In this document: positions 8,636-18,999 of the stretch, one piece after another
Position numbering within the stretch: the stretch's first letter is position 1
How the letters are laid out: each line of letters starts with the position of its first letter
Origin: a virus
Lineage: Duplodnaviria > Heunggongvirae > Uroviricota > Caudoviricetes
Virus record (IMG/VR): IMGVR_UViG_2718217859_000006
Strand: one strand, 5' to 3'
Length of the DNA: 50,414 bases
Position numbers and translations under genes: made by a program
Notes under the pieces: model-generated
Database searches by the model: none
Told to the model about the DNA's origin: nothing
The model's input: the letters and a program-made list of their open reading frames with translations, nothing else

Positions 8636-10380
8636 AATGTCCCCAGACAATTCTCTGGGGGATTTTTCATGATCAAAGAGACTGTTACGATGAGTCATAA
8701 GGAACTCCACCGACTTCAGATTATTCAGGAGTCAATTAATCGACATATTACTCAGGAACAAGCTGCGGCACGCATTGGCATTTCTATTCGGCAGGTTAAA
8801 CGTCTGGTGCAACGGTATAGAAATGAAGGGCCTTCTGGTCTGGTTTCCCACCGACGTGGAAAGCGTCCTAATAATTCCTTTTCTACTGAATTCAGAGCAA
8901 CAGTAATTTCACTCCTCAAAGGCCGTTACGCTGATTTTGGACCTACGTTTGCGTGCGAAAAATTGCGCGAGATACACGGTTTATCTTTATCCGTTGAAAC
9001 TCTCAGAAAGTGGATGATAGAAGAGGGGTTATGGCGTGAACGCCGTCGTAAAATTGCCCGTATATATCAACGCCGCATGCGACGACCATCTTACGGTGAA
9101 CTGATCCAGATTGATGGCTCACCTCATGACTGGTTTGAAAATCGAGGCCCCAGATGTACACTGATCGTTTTCATTGATGATGCCACCAGTGCGTTGATGG
9201 CGTTGCGTTTTGTGCCTGCTGAAACAACCCGGGCTTACATGGAAACCCTCCGGGGTTACCTTAATGATCATGGCGTACCGCTCGCTCTCTACTCTGATAG
9301 ACACAGTATATTCAGGGTAAATAACCCAGAGCGGGAAGGTGAGCTGACCCAGTTCACTCGTGCGATAAAGACACTGGGCATCGAGCCAATCCATGCCAAC
9401 AGCCCGCAGGCAAAAGGGCGGGTAGAGCGCGCCAATCAGACACTACAGGACAGGCTGGTCAAAGAAATGCGGCTTCAGAATATCAGTGATATTGAAACAG
9501 CAAATGCATGGTTGCCGACCTTTATTGAAGCCTATAACAACCGGTTCGCTACGTCGCCTCGTACTACTGATAATGCTCATCTTGATGTGCACCATTCTGA
9601 AGAGGAACTGGGTTATATCTTCAGCCTACAGGCGAAGCGCGTTCTGTCTAAAAATCTCACTTTCCAGTACAAAAGCAGTGCGTTTCAGGTACGCAGTGAG
9701 GGCCGGGGATATCGACTTAGGCATTCGGTTGTTACTGTATGTGAGAACTTTGACGGTGAAATTAACGTTCTGTATGACGGGAAAGCGCTGGGCTGGGAAA
9801 AGTATGTTGATGGCCCGGAGCCTATACCACTGGATGATGAAAAGAGTGTCCATGAACGAGTGGATAATGCCCGTATTGATTTACGCTCAAAATACTATGT
9901 TAAATCTAAAGCTGACCATCCCTGGCTTACGCGCCGAACGCAAAGTCATCAGCAAGTTAAGCCCCCGAAGTTACCTAAAAAGAAGCCTGATCCCGATAAA
10001 ATAGATTGAAACCAAGATCGATTCGGTTGAGTGCATATCCATTCATAGGGTAGATTCTTAAGTCGCGTTTCTGGTGTTCATTTTCGGGTGGTTTGTTACT
10101 TGTTTTACCGGGGATATGCCAGAAACGCGCTGAGTCAGTCTGGGCGGTGCGCGTAATGAGGCGTTATGGTAAATAGCCTATGCTAATGTCCGCTAAGAGC
10201 AAGAAGCGGAAGTTGGCAGTTTTGTGGACTGTCCCCACAAAAGTGACTACAGAAATAGTTGCAATTCATAATTGATCATGGGTTGTCAGTTAAACTCGTG
10301 GCGATTTAAATAGACTAATTGGGAGTGCGTCCATTACTTATATCTTGTAATGTTAACTATCAGAAATGATACAAAGATAA
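8600..10380 (+). mobile_element. Insertion sequence with a single rve-domain DDE transposase (IS481-like or ISNCY-like); ends not resolved
   Basis: Single 446-aa transposase ORF flanked by non-coding DNA that interrupts the nin-like region; no clean terminal inverted repeats could be identified by eye. Confidence 0.5.
8669..10009 (+). CDS. DDE transposase (N-terminal HTH plus rve integrase-core domain)
   Basis: 446 aa; HTH segment IGISIRQVKRLVQRY; catalytic core with DGSPHDWF, LYSDRHSIF and HANSPQAKGRVERANQTLQDRL (D,D,E-type motifs). Confidence 0.85.
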   Translation: MIKETVTMSHKELHRLQIIQESINRHITQEQAAARIGISIRQVKRLVQRYRNEGPSGLVSHRRGKRPNNSFSTEFRATVISLLKGRYADFGPTFACEKLREIHGLSLSVETLRKWMIEEGLWRERRRKIARIYQRRMRRPSYGELIQIDGSPHDWFENRGPRCTLIVFIDDATSALMALRFVPAETTRAYMETLRGYLNDHGVPLALYSDRHSIFRVNNPEREGELTQFTRAIKTLGIEPIHANSPQAKGRVERANQTLQDRLVKEMRLQNISDIETANAWLPTFIEAYNNRFATSPRTTDNAHLDVHHSEEELGYIFSLQAKRVLSKNLTFQYKSSAFQVRSEGRGYRLRHSVVTVCENFDGEINVLYDGKALGWEKYVDGPEPIPLDDEKSVHERVDNARIDLRSKYYVKSKADHPWLTRRTQSHQQVKPPKLPKKKPDPDKID

Positions 10381-10445
10381 TATGTCTTTAAAGAAAAGGC
10401 TGATGGCGAAAAGTGGCCCGATGAGGGCCACAATACGGCTGTCAC

Positions 10446-10778
10446 TTAGACGTAAATATCAATGGTGCCAGCGGTATTTGTATCGTCTTTTTTCTCTTCT
10501 TTTTTATCAGGCTGAACTGTCGCGTCTTTATTCTTTTTCTCTGCCTGCTGCCTTAACAACTGCTCCAGTTGAGCCCTGAGGCTTTCAATTTGCTTCTGTA
10601 CCAATGCAGCCATTTCTTTTTTCTGCTGTGTCGTCATCCCCTCTTCCGATGAGATTTTCCCAAGCTTTTCAGTCAGCACCTGAATTTGTCTTGTGATTTT
10701 GGCTATTTCTGATGTTCCTTCCGGGGCGGAGTTGTTTGAAATAACGGTTGAGGTATTTCCCTGAATTGTGACAGACAT
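10446..10778 (-). CDS. flxA: FlxA-like protein
   Basis: 110-aa ORF MSVTIQGNTSTVISNNSAPEG...; coiled-coil, Lys/Glu-rich C-terminus; preceded by a sigma-28-type promoter. Confidence 0.85.
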   Translation of the reverse strand: MSVTIQGNTSTVISNNSAPEGTSEIAKITRQIQVLTEKLGKISSEEGMTTQQKKEMAALVQKQIESLRAQLEQLLRQQAEKKNKDATVQPDKKEEKKDDTNTAGTIDIYV

Positions 10779-10801
10779 AGATTTCTCCTTTTAAAAAAGC
10801 A

Positions 10802-10828
10802 CTATCGGCATGCACAAAAAAATCTTTA
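10802..10828 (-). promoter_or_regulatory. Sigma-28 (FliA)-type promoter for flxA
   Basis: Minus strand reads TAAAGATT-N11-GCCGATAG against the consensus TAAAGTTT-N11-GCCGATAA, about 25 nt upstream of the flxA SD. Confidence 0.6.
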
Positions 10829-11247
10829 ATCGTATTTCTTGTGTCATTAATTGTTTGATGTTCAGATTGTTTTCCTCGCGGGCTGGCGCGCCTCAGAAAG
10901 TAAAGCTTGTTGACAGGGGTAAACGTTCGGCAATAATTTTCTGCCGCATGCGGGTGTTGCATAAAACGTGCTACGTTCCTTTATCGACAGGTCAGGTCAC
11001 CGCTCACCCGCCGACGAGAAAGCAACACTGACATGCTAAAGCAAAAAATAGATGAATAAGTTGAGTTGTGCATATGTAGCCTGACCGTCACAAAGTATAT
11101 GGTGTCTGTACCAGTAAGATGATGGCCGGACTCTTTAAAAGCGAGCTGACCTGCACAATACAGGATGGACTTAGCAATGGCTGCTCCTGGCACAAAGCGG
11201 ACAGTGATCACCGTTCTTACGACTACTTTCTGACTTCCTTCGTGACT

Positions 11248-11299
11248 TGCCCTAAGCATGTTGTAGTGCGATACTTGTAATGACATTTGTAATTACAAG
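11248..11299 (+). promoter_or_regulatory. relBE promoter and operator (relO-like inverted TTGTAAT repeats)
   Basis: TTGCCC-N17-GATACT followed by CTTGTAATGACATTTGTAATTACAAG immediately upstream of the relB SD. Confidence 0.6.
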
Positions 11300-11310
11300 A
11301 GGTGTAAGAC

Positions 11311-11550
11311 ATGGGTAGCATTAACCTGCGTATTGACGATGAACTTAAAGCGCGTTCTTACGCCGCGCTTGAAAAAATGGGTGTAACTCCTTCTGAAGCG
11401 CTTCGTCTCATGCTCGAGTATATCGCTGACAATGAACGCTTGCCGTTCAAACAGACACTCCTGAGTGATGAAGATGCTGAACTTGTGGAGATAGTGAAAG
11501 AACGGCTTCGTAATCCTAAGCCAGTACGTGTGACGCTGGATGAACTCTGA
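11311..11550 (+). CDS. relB: RelB antitoxin
   Basis: 79 aa MGSINLRIDDELKARSYAALEKMGVTPSEALRLMLEYIADNERLPF...; overlaps relE start (ATGA). Confidence 0.9.
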   Translation: MGSINLRIDDELKARSYAALEKMGVTPSEALRLMLEYIADNERLPFKQTLLSDEDAELVEIVKERLRNPKPVRVTLDEL

Positions 11551-11837
11551 TGGCGTATTTTCTGGATTTTGACGAGCGGGCACTAAAGGAATGGCGAAAG
11601 CTGGGCTCGACGGTACGTGAACAGTTGAAAAAGAAGCTGGTTGAAGTACTTGAGTCACCCCGGATTGAAGCAAACAAGCTCCGTGGTATGCCTGATTGTT
11701 ACAAGATTAAGCTCCGGTCTTCAGGCTATCGCCTTGTATACCAGGTTATAGACGAGAAAGTTGTCGTTTTCGTGATTTCTGTTGGGAAAAGAGAACGCTC
11801 GGAAGTATATAGCGAGGCGGTCAAACGCATTCTCTGA
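11550..11837 (+). CDS. relE: RelE mRNA-interferase toxin
   Basis: 95 aa MAYFLDFDERALKEWRKLGSTVREQLKKKL...YRLVYQVIDEKVVVFVISVGKRERSEVY. Confidence 0.9.
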   Translation: MAYFLDFDERALKEWRKLGSTVREQLKKKLVEVLESPRIEANKLRGMPDCYKIKLRSSGYRLVYQVIDEKVVVFVISVGKRERSEVYSEAVKRIL

Positions 11838-11908
11838 ACCAAAGCATGACATCTCTGTTTCGCACCGAAGGTGACACTTCTGCTTTGCGTTGACAGGAGA
11901 AGCAGGCT

Positions 11909-12064
11909 ATGAAGCAGCAAAAGGCGATGTTAATCGCCCTGATCGTCATCTGTTTAACCGTCATAGTGACGGCACTGGTAACGAGGAAAGACCTCTGCGA
12001 GGTACGAATCCGAACCGGCCAGACGGAGGTCGCTGTCTTCACAGCTTACGAACCTGAGGAGTAA
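11909..12064 (+). CDS. hokD: Hok-family membrane toxin (51 aa)
   Basis: Below the 60-aa ORF-track cutoff; translated by hand as MKQQKAMLIALIVICLTVIVTALVTRKDLCEVRIRTGQTEVAVFTAYEPEE; directly downstream of relBE as in K-12. Confidence 0.8.
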   Translation: MKQQKAMLIALIVICLTVIVTALVTRKDLCEVRIRTGQTEVAVFTAYEPEE

Positions 12065-12133
12065 GAGACCCGGCGGGGGAGAAATCCCTCGCCACCTCTG
12101 ATGTGGCAGGCATCCTCAACGCACCCGCACTTA

Positions 12134-12160
12134 ACCCGCTTCGGCGGGTTTTTGTTTTTA
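12134..12160 (+). terminator. Intrinsic terminator after hokD
   Basis: CCCGCTTCGGCGGG hairpin followed by TTTTTGTTTTT. Confidence 0.6.
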
Positions 12161-12280
12161 TTTTCAACGCGTTTGAAGTTCTGGACGGTGCCGGAATAGA
12201 ATCAAAAATACTTAAGTAGCGCGCAGGGATAAGAGGGATGGTCCCTTAAAGGGGAGAGCTAATTATCCGGAAGGATTCTG

Positions 12281-12532
12281 ATGATGAACATCGAAGAACT
12301 GCGTAAAATTTTTTGTGAAGATGGCCTCTATGCTGTGTGCGTTGAAAATGGAAATCTTGTTAGTCATTACCGCATTATGTGTTTGCGAAAGAATGGGGCT
12401 GCGTTAATTAATTTTGTGGATGCTCGGGTCACGGACGGATTTATCTTGCGCGAAGGTGAGTTTGTCACTTCATTACAGGCATTGAAAGAGATCGGAATAA
12501 AAGCTGGCTTTTCTGCTTTTTCAGGAGAATAA
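12281..12532 (+). CDS. rem: Rem-like small protein
   Basis: 83-aa ORF MMNIEELRKIFCEDGLYAVCVENGN... in the position rem occupies in Qin. Confidence 0.75.
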   Translation: MMNIEELRKIFCEDGLYAVCVENGNLVSHYRIMCLRKNGAALINFVDARVTDGFILREGEFVTSLQALKEIGIKAGFSAFSGE

Positions 12533-12598
12533 ACTCATCTACAATCTTGCGCGGGGCTGAACTCCCGCTGAGTAACACCGTGCCACCGGAGAAAACCG

Positions 12599-12877
12599 AT
12601 GGCACGCAACGCAAAATATTACAATTCTGATAATTCGCCCGTTCTTGCCTGCACGCACGGGCGGTATTCTCACGCATTCAAGTCTGAATGGTTCCAGCAC
12701 CCTCCATGCACTGCAGAACAGGCCGAATGGCTGATTCATTCTTACCGCAGGCGCGGGTTCGAGGTTAAGAAAGCTCTCAGTCTCGACTATCGGCACTGGA
12801 TAATCTCTGTCAGGCTGCCTTATTCCGAACGCCCACCACGTGCGTCCCGCACTTTCCAGCAACGGATCTGGAGGTAA
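12599..12877 (+). CDS. Hypothetical protein, translationally coupled to ydfU
   Basis: 92-aa ORF with GGAG SD; its stop TAA lies inside the GGAGGTAACGTG start region of the next gene. Confidence 0.45.
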   Translation: MARNAKYYNSDNSPVLACTHGRYSHAFKSEWFQHPPCTAEQAEWLIHSYRRRGFEVKKALSLDYRHWIISVRLPYSERPPRASRTFQQRIWR

Positions 12878-12878
12878 C

Positions 12879-13928
12879 GTGCGGGTATTACTTAGACCTG
12901 TTCTGGTGCCTGAGCTTGGGCTGGTGGTCCTTAAGCCGGGCCGTGAATCCATACAGATATTTCATAATCCTCGAGTGCTGGTGGAACCGGAACCAAAAAG
13001 CATGCGTAATCTGCCATCCGGAGTCGTTCCTGCCGTTCGCCAGCCGCTGGCGGAAGACAAAACATTGCTGCCGTTTTTTAGTAACGAACGGGTGATTCGT
13101 GCTGCTGGCGGCGTTGGCGCATTGTCCGACTGGCTATTACGTCATGTTACATCCTGCCAGTGGCCTAATGGCGATTACCATCACACTGAAACAGTCATTC
13201 ACCGTTATGGTACCGGCGCAATGGTGTTGTGCTGGCACTGCGACAACCAACTGCGTGACCAGACATCGGAATCACTGGAGCTGCTTGCTCAACAAAATCT
13301 GACAGCATGGGTGATTGACGTCATCCGTCACGCAATAAGCGGTACGCAGGAGCGGGAATTATCTTTGGCTGAATTATCCTGGTGGGCGGTCTGCAATCAG
13401 GTGGTGGATGCACTACCTGAGGCTGTATCGCGTCGTTCGCTGGGATTACCAGCGGAAAAAATCTGCTCGGTGTACCGCGAAAGCGACATCGTACCGGGAG
13501 AGCAGACCGCCACCAGCATATTGAAACAACGCACAAAAAATCTTGCACCGTTGCCTTACGCCCACCAGCAACAAAAATCACCACAGGAAAAGACGGTGGT
13601 AAGCATCACCGTTGATCCAGAGTCTCCGGAATCTTTCATGAAGCTGCCTAAACGTCGCCGCTGGGTTAAGGAGAAATACACACGTTGGGTTAAGACACAG
13701 CCGTGTGCTTGCTGCGGTATGCCAGCCGACGATCCGCATCATCTGATTGGTCACGGGCAGGGCGGAATGGGAACAAAAGCACATGATCTCTTTGTGTTGC
13801 CTTTGTGCAGAAAGCATCACAACGAGCTGCATACGGATACAGTGGCATTTGAAGATAAGTATGGCTCCCAACTGGAGCTGATATTTCGTTTTATCGATCG
13901 CGCGCTGGCAATTGGCGTACTGGCGTAA
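12879..13928 (+). CDS. ydfU: YdfU-like protein with C-terminal Cys/His cluster
   Basis: 349 aa from GTG with GGAGG SD; C-terminal CACCGMPADDPHHLIGHG...CRKHHNELH; position upstream of Q. Confidence 0.75.
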   Translation: MRVLLRPVLVPELGLVVLKPGRESIQIFHNPRVLVEPEPKSMRNLPSGVVPAVRQPLAEDKTLLPFFSNERVIRAAGGVGALSDWLLRHVTSCQWPNGDYHHTETVIHRYGTGAMVLCWHCDNQLRDQTSESLELLAQQNLTAWVIDVIRHAISGTQERELSLAELSWWAVCNQVVDALPEAVSRRSLGLPAEKICSVYRESDIVPGEQTATSILKQRTKNLAPLPYAHQQQKSPQEKTVVSITVDPESPESFMKLPKRRRWVKEKYTRWVKTQPCACCGMPADDPHHLIGHGQGGMGTKAHDLFVLPLCRKHHNELHTDTVAFEDKYGSQLELIFRFIDRALAIGVLA

Positions 13929-13941
13929 GTGGAGAACGAGC

Positions 13942-14694
13942 ATGAACCTTGAAGCCTTACCAAAATATTACTCCCCAAAATCTCCAAAATTGAGCGATGA
14001 CGCTCCAGCGACAGGCACCGGTTGTTTAACAATTACGGATGTAATGGCAGCGCAGGGGATGGTGCAGTCGAAAGCACCACTTGGGTTGGCCTTATTTCTG
14101 GCAAAAGTTGGTGTTCAGGACCCTCAGTTTGCGATTGAAGGCCTGCTAAATTACGCGATGGCACTGGATAACCCGACATTGAACAAATTGAGTGAAGAAA
14201 TCCGGTTACAGATTATTCCTTACCTCGTGAGTTTTGCCTTTGCTGATTACTCCAGGTCTGCGGCAAGTAAGGCTCGCTGTGAGCATTGTTCAGGTACGGG
14301 ATTTTATAATGTATTGCGCGAAGTGGTGAAACACTACAGACGCGGGGAATCTGTAATCAAGGAAGAATGGGTGAAGGAACTATGTCAGCATTGCCATGGT
14401 AAGGGCGAAGCCAGCACAGCGTGCAGAGGGTGTAAGGGTAAAGGGATTGTTCTGGATGAAAAAAGAACCCGGTTTCATGGCGTACCGGTATATAAGATTT
14501 GTGGGCGTTGTAATGGAAACCGGTTTAGTCGTTTACCGACCACGCTGGCACGACGTCATGTCCAGAAGCTGGTACCAGACCTGACCGATTATCAGTGGTA
14601 TAAGGGGTATGCGGACGTCATTGGTAAACTGGTAACAAAGTGCTGGCAGGAAGAAGCATACGCGGAAGCGCAATTGAGGAAGGTGACGAGATAA
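13942..14694 (+). CDS. quuQ: Late-gene antiterminator Q (zinc-finger Q family)
   Basis: 250 aa from ATG with GGAG SD; Cys-rich (CEHCSGTG, CQHCHGKG, CRGCKGKG, CGRCNG); upstream of the lysis cassette. Confidence 0.85.
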   Translation: MNLEALPKYYSPKSPKLSDDAPATGTGCLTITDVMAAQGMVQSKAPLGLALFLAKVGVQDPQFAIEGLLNYAMALDNPTLNKLSEEIRLQIIPYLVSFAFADYSRSAASKARCEHCSGTGFYNVLREVVKHYRRGESVIKEEWVKELCQHCHGKGEASTACRGCKGKGIVLDEKRTRFHGVPVYKICGRCNGNRFSRLPTTLARRHVQKLVPDLTDYQWYKGYADVIGKLVTKCWQEEAYAEAQLRKVTR

Positions 14695-14800
14695 ATGATT
14701 TTTGCTGAAGATGGCGACATGATGTTTGCATTCTTCAAAAAATATGGATAAAATTTTTTCAACGATGGGCTTTGTATACCCGACGTTAAGAAAAAGTAGA

Positions 14801-14830
14801 AAACCCGCTGATGAGCGGGTTTTGTGCTTT
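14801..14830. terminator. Bidirectional intrinsic terminator between Q and cspF
   Basis: AAACCCGCTGATGAGCGGGTTTTGTGCTTT: a GC hairpin with A-rich and T-rich flanks, between convergent genes. Confidence 0.6.
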
Positions 14831-15115
14831 AAATGGGGCAATGGTAATGTTGAATCTCATCCCGGGACTCATGTCTGTTAACTTATTATTTAGCTGGTGA
14901 CTTGGTTATTTGCCTGATGTTTAAAATGTTTTCTTCCAGTACAATGTCCCTAAACACAATGAGTCTGCTTATTATATTATTAGCAGAGCTATTACGGCCA
15001 AAGTACAGCATAAGCTTTTAAAGCCAATCAACCAGTCATCAAGACAGACGGGGTTATTCATAAAAACTCTCCATGTGTGATCCGATGGGGCCTGAAATTA
15101 AAGCTTTAATATAGC

Positions 15116-15328
15116 TCATGAAAGGTAAACATTGGCAGCTGAAGGGCCACGCAGACCATTTATCCGGCAAAATTCCACGCGTAATCCGGTGGTAATTTCT
15201 TCTGCATCGCGGAGATTGAGCGCTGAAACATGAAGCTGGACATCGATACGACCATCGGATGGGGTGATAAGACCCTTGCCGCTTTTGCCGTCAAAGGTTT
15301 TGACAATTCCTGTCATTTTACGGGACAA
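15116..15328 (-). CDS. cspF: Cold-shock-domain protein, CspF/CspH type
   Basis: 70 aa [37 protein letters not shown]...; divergent from a cspB-like gene as in Qin. Confidence 0.85.
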
Positions 15329-15628
15329 AAAAATTCCTTAATACTGATAACTTGGCGCACTATACACACGTTCCTGAAGAAAGCTATAGTTTTTTGATGG
15401 GGTTGAAGATGGCTGGATGTCTAAAATAAACATTGCTTCATATGTTCAACTATGCGTTAATGATTGCGTCGGTTTGAAGAACAGACGATATACGAAGTAG
15501 TTTACTAAAGCAGTTCTCATTTCAGGTGTTATTCACTTATTCCTTCTTTGAGTCTCTCCAATTAAGTACGAAGTCGTTTCTGTTATGCAAACCATTTATG
15601 CCGAAAGGCTCAAGTTAAGGAATGTAGA

Positions 15629-15844
15629 ATGTCAAATAAAATGACTGGTTTAGTAAAATGGTTTAACGCTGATAAAGGTTTCGGCTTTATTTCTCCTGTT
15701 GATGGTAGTAAAGATGTGTTTGTGCATTTTTCTGCGATTCAGAATGATAATTATCGAACCTTATTTGAAGGTCAAAAGGTTACCTTCTCTATAGAGAGTG
15801 GTGCTAAAGGTCCTGCAGCAGCAAATGTCATCATTACTGATTAA
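15629..15844 (+). CDS. cspB: Cold-shock protein, CspB type
   Basis: 71 aa [38 protein letters not shown]... with RNP1/RNP2 motifs. Confidence 0.85.
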   Translation: MSNKMTGLVKWFNADKGFGFISPVDGSKDVFVHFSAIQNDNYRTLFEGQKVTFSIESGAKGPAAANVIITD

Positions 15845-16125
15845 AATTCATCGCTCGTCTGTATACGATAACGAAGAAGGCTGATGCCTGAGTAGAGATA
15901 CGGACAGAGTAGTGAATATTGGATCTCTTTAATAAAAAGTAAGGAGGTCCAATACATGAAACAATGGCTAGCATATTTGGCAAAATCTTAATCAGGAAAA
16001 GTATGCTAACCATTGTGGTGAAGTGCAGGTTTGCTGCATGAATAGTTTTACAGCAGAAGCTAACTGCTGGCATGGCAAAACAAAGTGCGTAAGTGGATGA
16101 CTCCCACAAAAAGCACCACAATCTC

Positions 16126-16150
16126 AAACCCGCTCAGGCGGGTTTTTTAT
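16126..16150 (+). terminator. Intrinsic terminator
   Basis: AACCCGCTCAGGCGGGTT hairpin followed by TTTTTATT. Confidence 0.55.
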
Positions 16151-16207
16151 TATCTGCTTTAAATATATTATTAAAATATAAAAAATACTTGTTACTAATA
16201 AAATCAA

Positions 16208-16378
16208 TCAGGCTACAGCTTTAAGATTTGTCTGGAATACTTTGTTGCAATGAGGGCAGATCAAAAGGGCACCTTTTTGTACTCTTGAAAAACTGTGTTC
16301 TGACTCTTGGGTGCAGTTTGGGCAGGAACATTTAACGAGATAATTACGGCGTGATTTTGAGTTTTTACGTTCTGACAT
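16208..16378 (-). CDS. Small zinc-ribbon protein (56 aa, CxxC...CxxC), YnfU/YdaE-like
   Basis: MSERKNSKSRRNYLVKCSCPNCTQESEHSFSRVQKGALLICPHCNKVFQTNLKAVA, from the internal Met of a 73-aa ORF. Confidence 0.65.
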   Translation of the reverse strand: MSERKNSKSRRNYLVKCSCPNCTQESEHSFSRVQKGALLICPHCNKVFQTNLKAVA

Positions 16379-16597
16379 AGGCTTTTCCTGTATAAATGGC
16401 CGTATACAGTACACTAAATATGAAAACATTTCTCGTATTATTATTTTATATATGACTTTCTTTCAAAATAATTACCCACATTTTTAATGTGTATGTTTTT
16501 TTAGCGCCGTTGAGAACAACGTGTGCTGTCAAAACTACCCCGTAGACTCCGATCTTTTCAAACATATTGCACCATCCGTGTACATCGGGGTGAGGAT

Positions 16598-16813
16598 ATG
16601 AAATCAATGGATAAGTTAACAACAGGTGTTGCCTATGGCACATCGGCGGGTAATGCTGGTTTCTGGGCATTGCAGTTACTCGATAAAGTAACTCCGTCAC
16701 AGTGGGCTGCAATCGGTGTGCTGGGTAGCCTGGTTTTTGGCCTGCTGACGTATCTGACAAATCTTTATTTCAAGATTAAAGAAGACAGGCGTAAGGCTGC
16801 GAGAGGAGAGTAA
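16598..16813 (+). CDS. essQ: Class II holin (phage-21 S type) with dual-start motif
   Basis: MKSMDK start (Met-Lys-Ser-Met) with GGGGTGAGGA SD; two TM segments; first gene of the lysis cassette. Confidence 0.85.
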   Translation: MKSMDKLTTGVAYGTSAGNAGFWALQLLDKVTPSQWAAIGVLGSLVFGLLTYLTNLYFKIKEDRRKAARGE

Positions 16814-16817
16814 TCCA

Positions 16818-17125
16818 ATGACTCAAGACTATGAACTGGTTGTGAAAGGAGTCCGTAATTTTGAGAATAAAGTTACGGTAACTGTAGCCTTACAGGACAA
16901 AGAACGCTTTGACGGTGAAATTTTTGACCTGGATGTCGCCATGGACCGTGTTGAAGGAGCTGCGCTGGAGTTTTATGAGGCAGCAGCCAGAAGGAGCGTC
17001 CGGCAAGTCTTCCTGGAAGTAGCAGAAAAATTGTCAGAAAAAGTTGAGTCTTATCTGCAGCATCAGTACTCCTTTAAGATTGAAAATCCTGCCAATAAGC
17101 ACGAGCGTCCTCATCATAAATATCT

Positions 17126-17129
<4 letters not shown>
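16818..17129 (+). CDS. ydfR: YdfR-like protein
   Basis: 103-aa ORF between holin and endolysin, as ydfR in Qin. Confidence 0.7.
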
Positions 17130-18153
<1,024 letters not shown>

Positions 18154-18515
18154 GGTAATATTAAATCGGAACATTTACATCGCGGAATGTAAAATTTGAA
18201 TAAAAAGGACTCTTCCATGAGCCAAAATTCCTGAAATCTTAAGGGTAAGATAAAAGGTCTTAATCAGAATGACACGTTTTATTAATAAATAAAGCTATTC
18301 TTTCATTGCTGTGTTTTTCTTTACAAAAGTAATCCTTGCTATGGGTGGTTAATCATGCGTTAATGGTGTTCTGGTTTGTTACAAATTTATCTGAAGCAGT
18401 CATTGTTATAATTTTATTATTTGTACCTCTTGAGATTTCCTTGTTGGTTTTTCTCTCTGATATTTTTTTTCGGACCATTCTGCCCAAGGGCTAATTTCTT
18501 CAAAAGGTAATAATT

Positions 18516-18728
18516 ATGTCTAACAAAATGACTGGTTTAGTGAAATGGTTTAACCCTGAAAAAGGTTTTGGTTTCATCACGCCGAAAGATGGCAGCAAAG
18601 ATGTGTTTGTCCATTTCTCAGCAATTCAGAGCAACGATTTCAAAACATTAACTGAGAATCAGGAAGTTGAATTTGGTATTGAGAACGGACCTAAAGGTCC
18701 TGCCGCTGTTCATGTAGTGGCGCTTTGA
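18516..18728 (+). CDS. cspI: Cold-shock protein, CspI type
   Basis: 70 aa [45 protein letters not shown]... Confidence 0.85.
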   Translation: MSNKMTGLVKWFNPEKGFGFITPKDGSKDVFVHFSAIQSNDFKTLTENQEVEFGIENGPKGPAAVHVVAL

Positions 18729-18999
18729 GGTAGACAATATTACAAACCATATTCACTTTAGATGCCCGTGTTGTCATGGTTCCCAGTATAGAACATCATC
18801 TTTTGATGTTTCTGACATGAATCCTTTCGGGGCAAAATGTATCTTTTGTAAATCAATGATGATTACATTTGATAATATTTCACAATACTTAAATGCCAGC
18901 CGTCTGTCGTTGGATTTAAAAAAGTGAAAATGAAGGCTCCTTCGGGAGCTTTTTTGCTTGGTGTCTATTCGATGGATACTCACATACTACGGTAACATC

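Noticed and set aside
10669-11286. ORFs overlapping or adjoining the flxA promoter and relB leader (10669-10962 minus, 10810-11031 plus, 10981-11286 minus)
   Set aside because: They overlap the sigma-28 promoter and relBE control region and lack SDs.
11821-12042. 73-aa minus-strand ORF across hokD
   Set aside because: Antisense to the hok coding sequence; the real minus-strand product expected here would be a short sok-like RNA, not a protein.
14695-15115. Possible late promoter and qut site downstream of Q
   Set aside because: Convincing -35/-10 elements and a qut site could not be placed by eye; only the terminator at about 14801-14830 is supported.
16446-16760. 104-aa minus-strand ORF overlapping the holin gene
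   Set aside because: Antisense to the essQ holin, which has a clear SD and dual-start motif.
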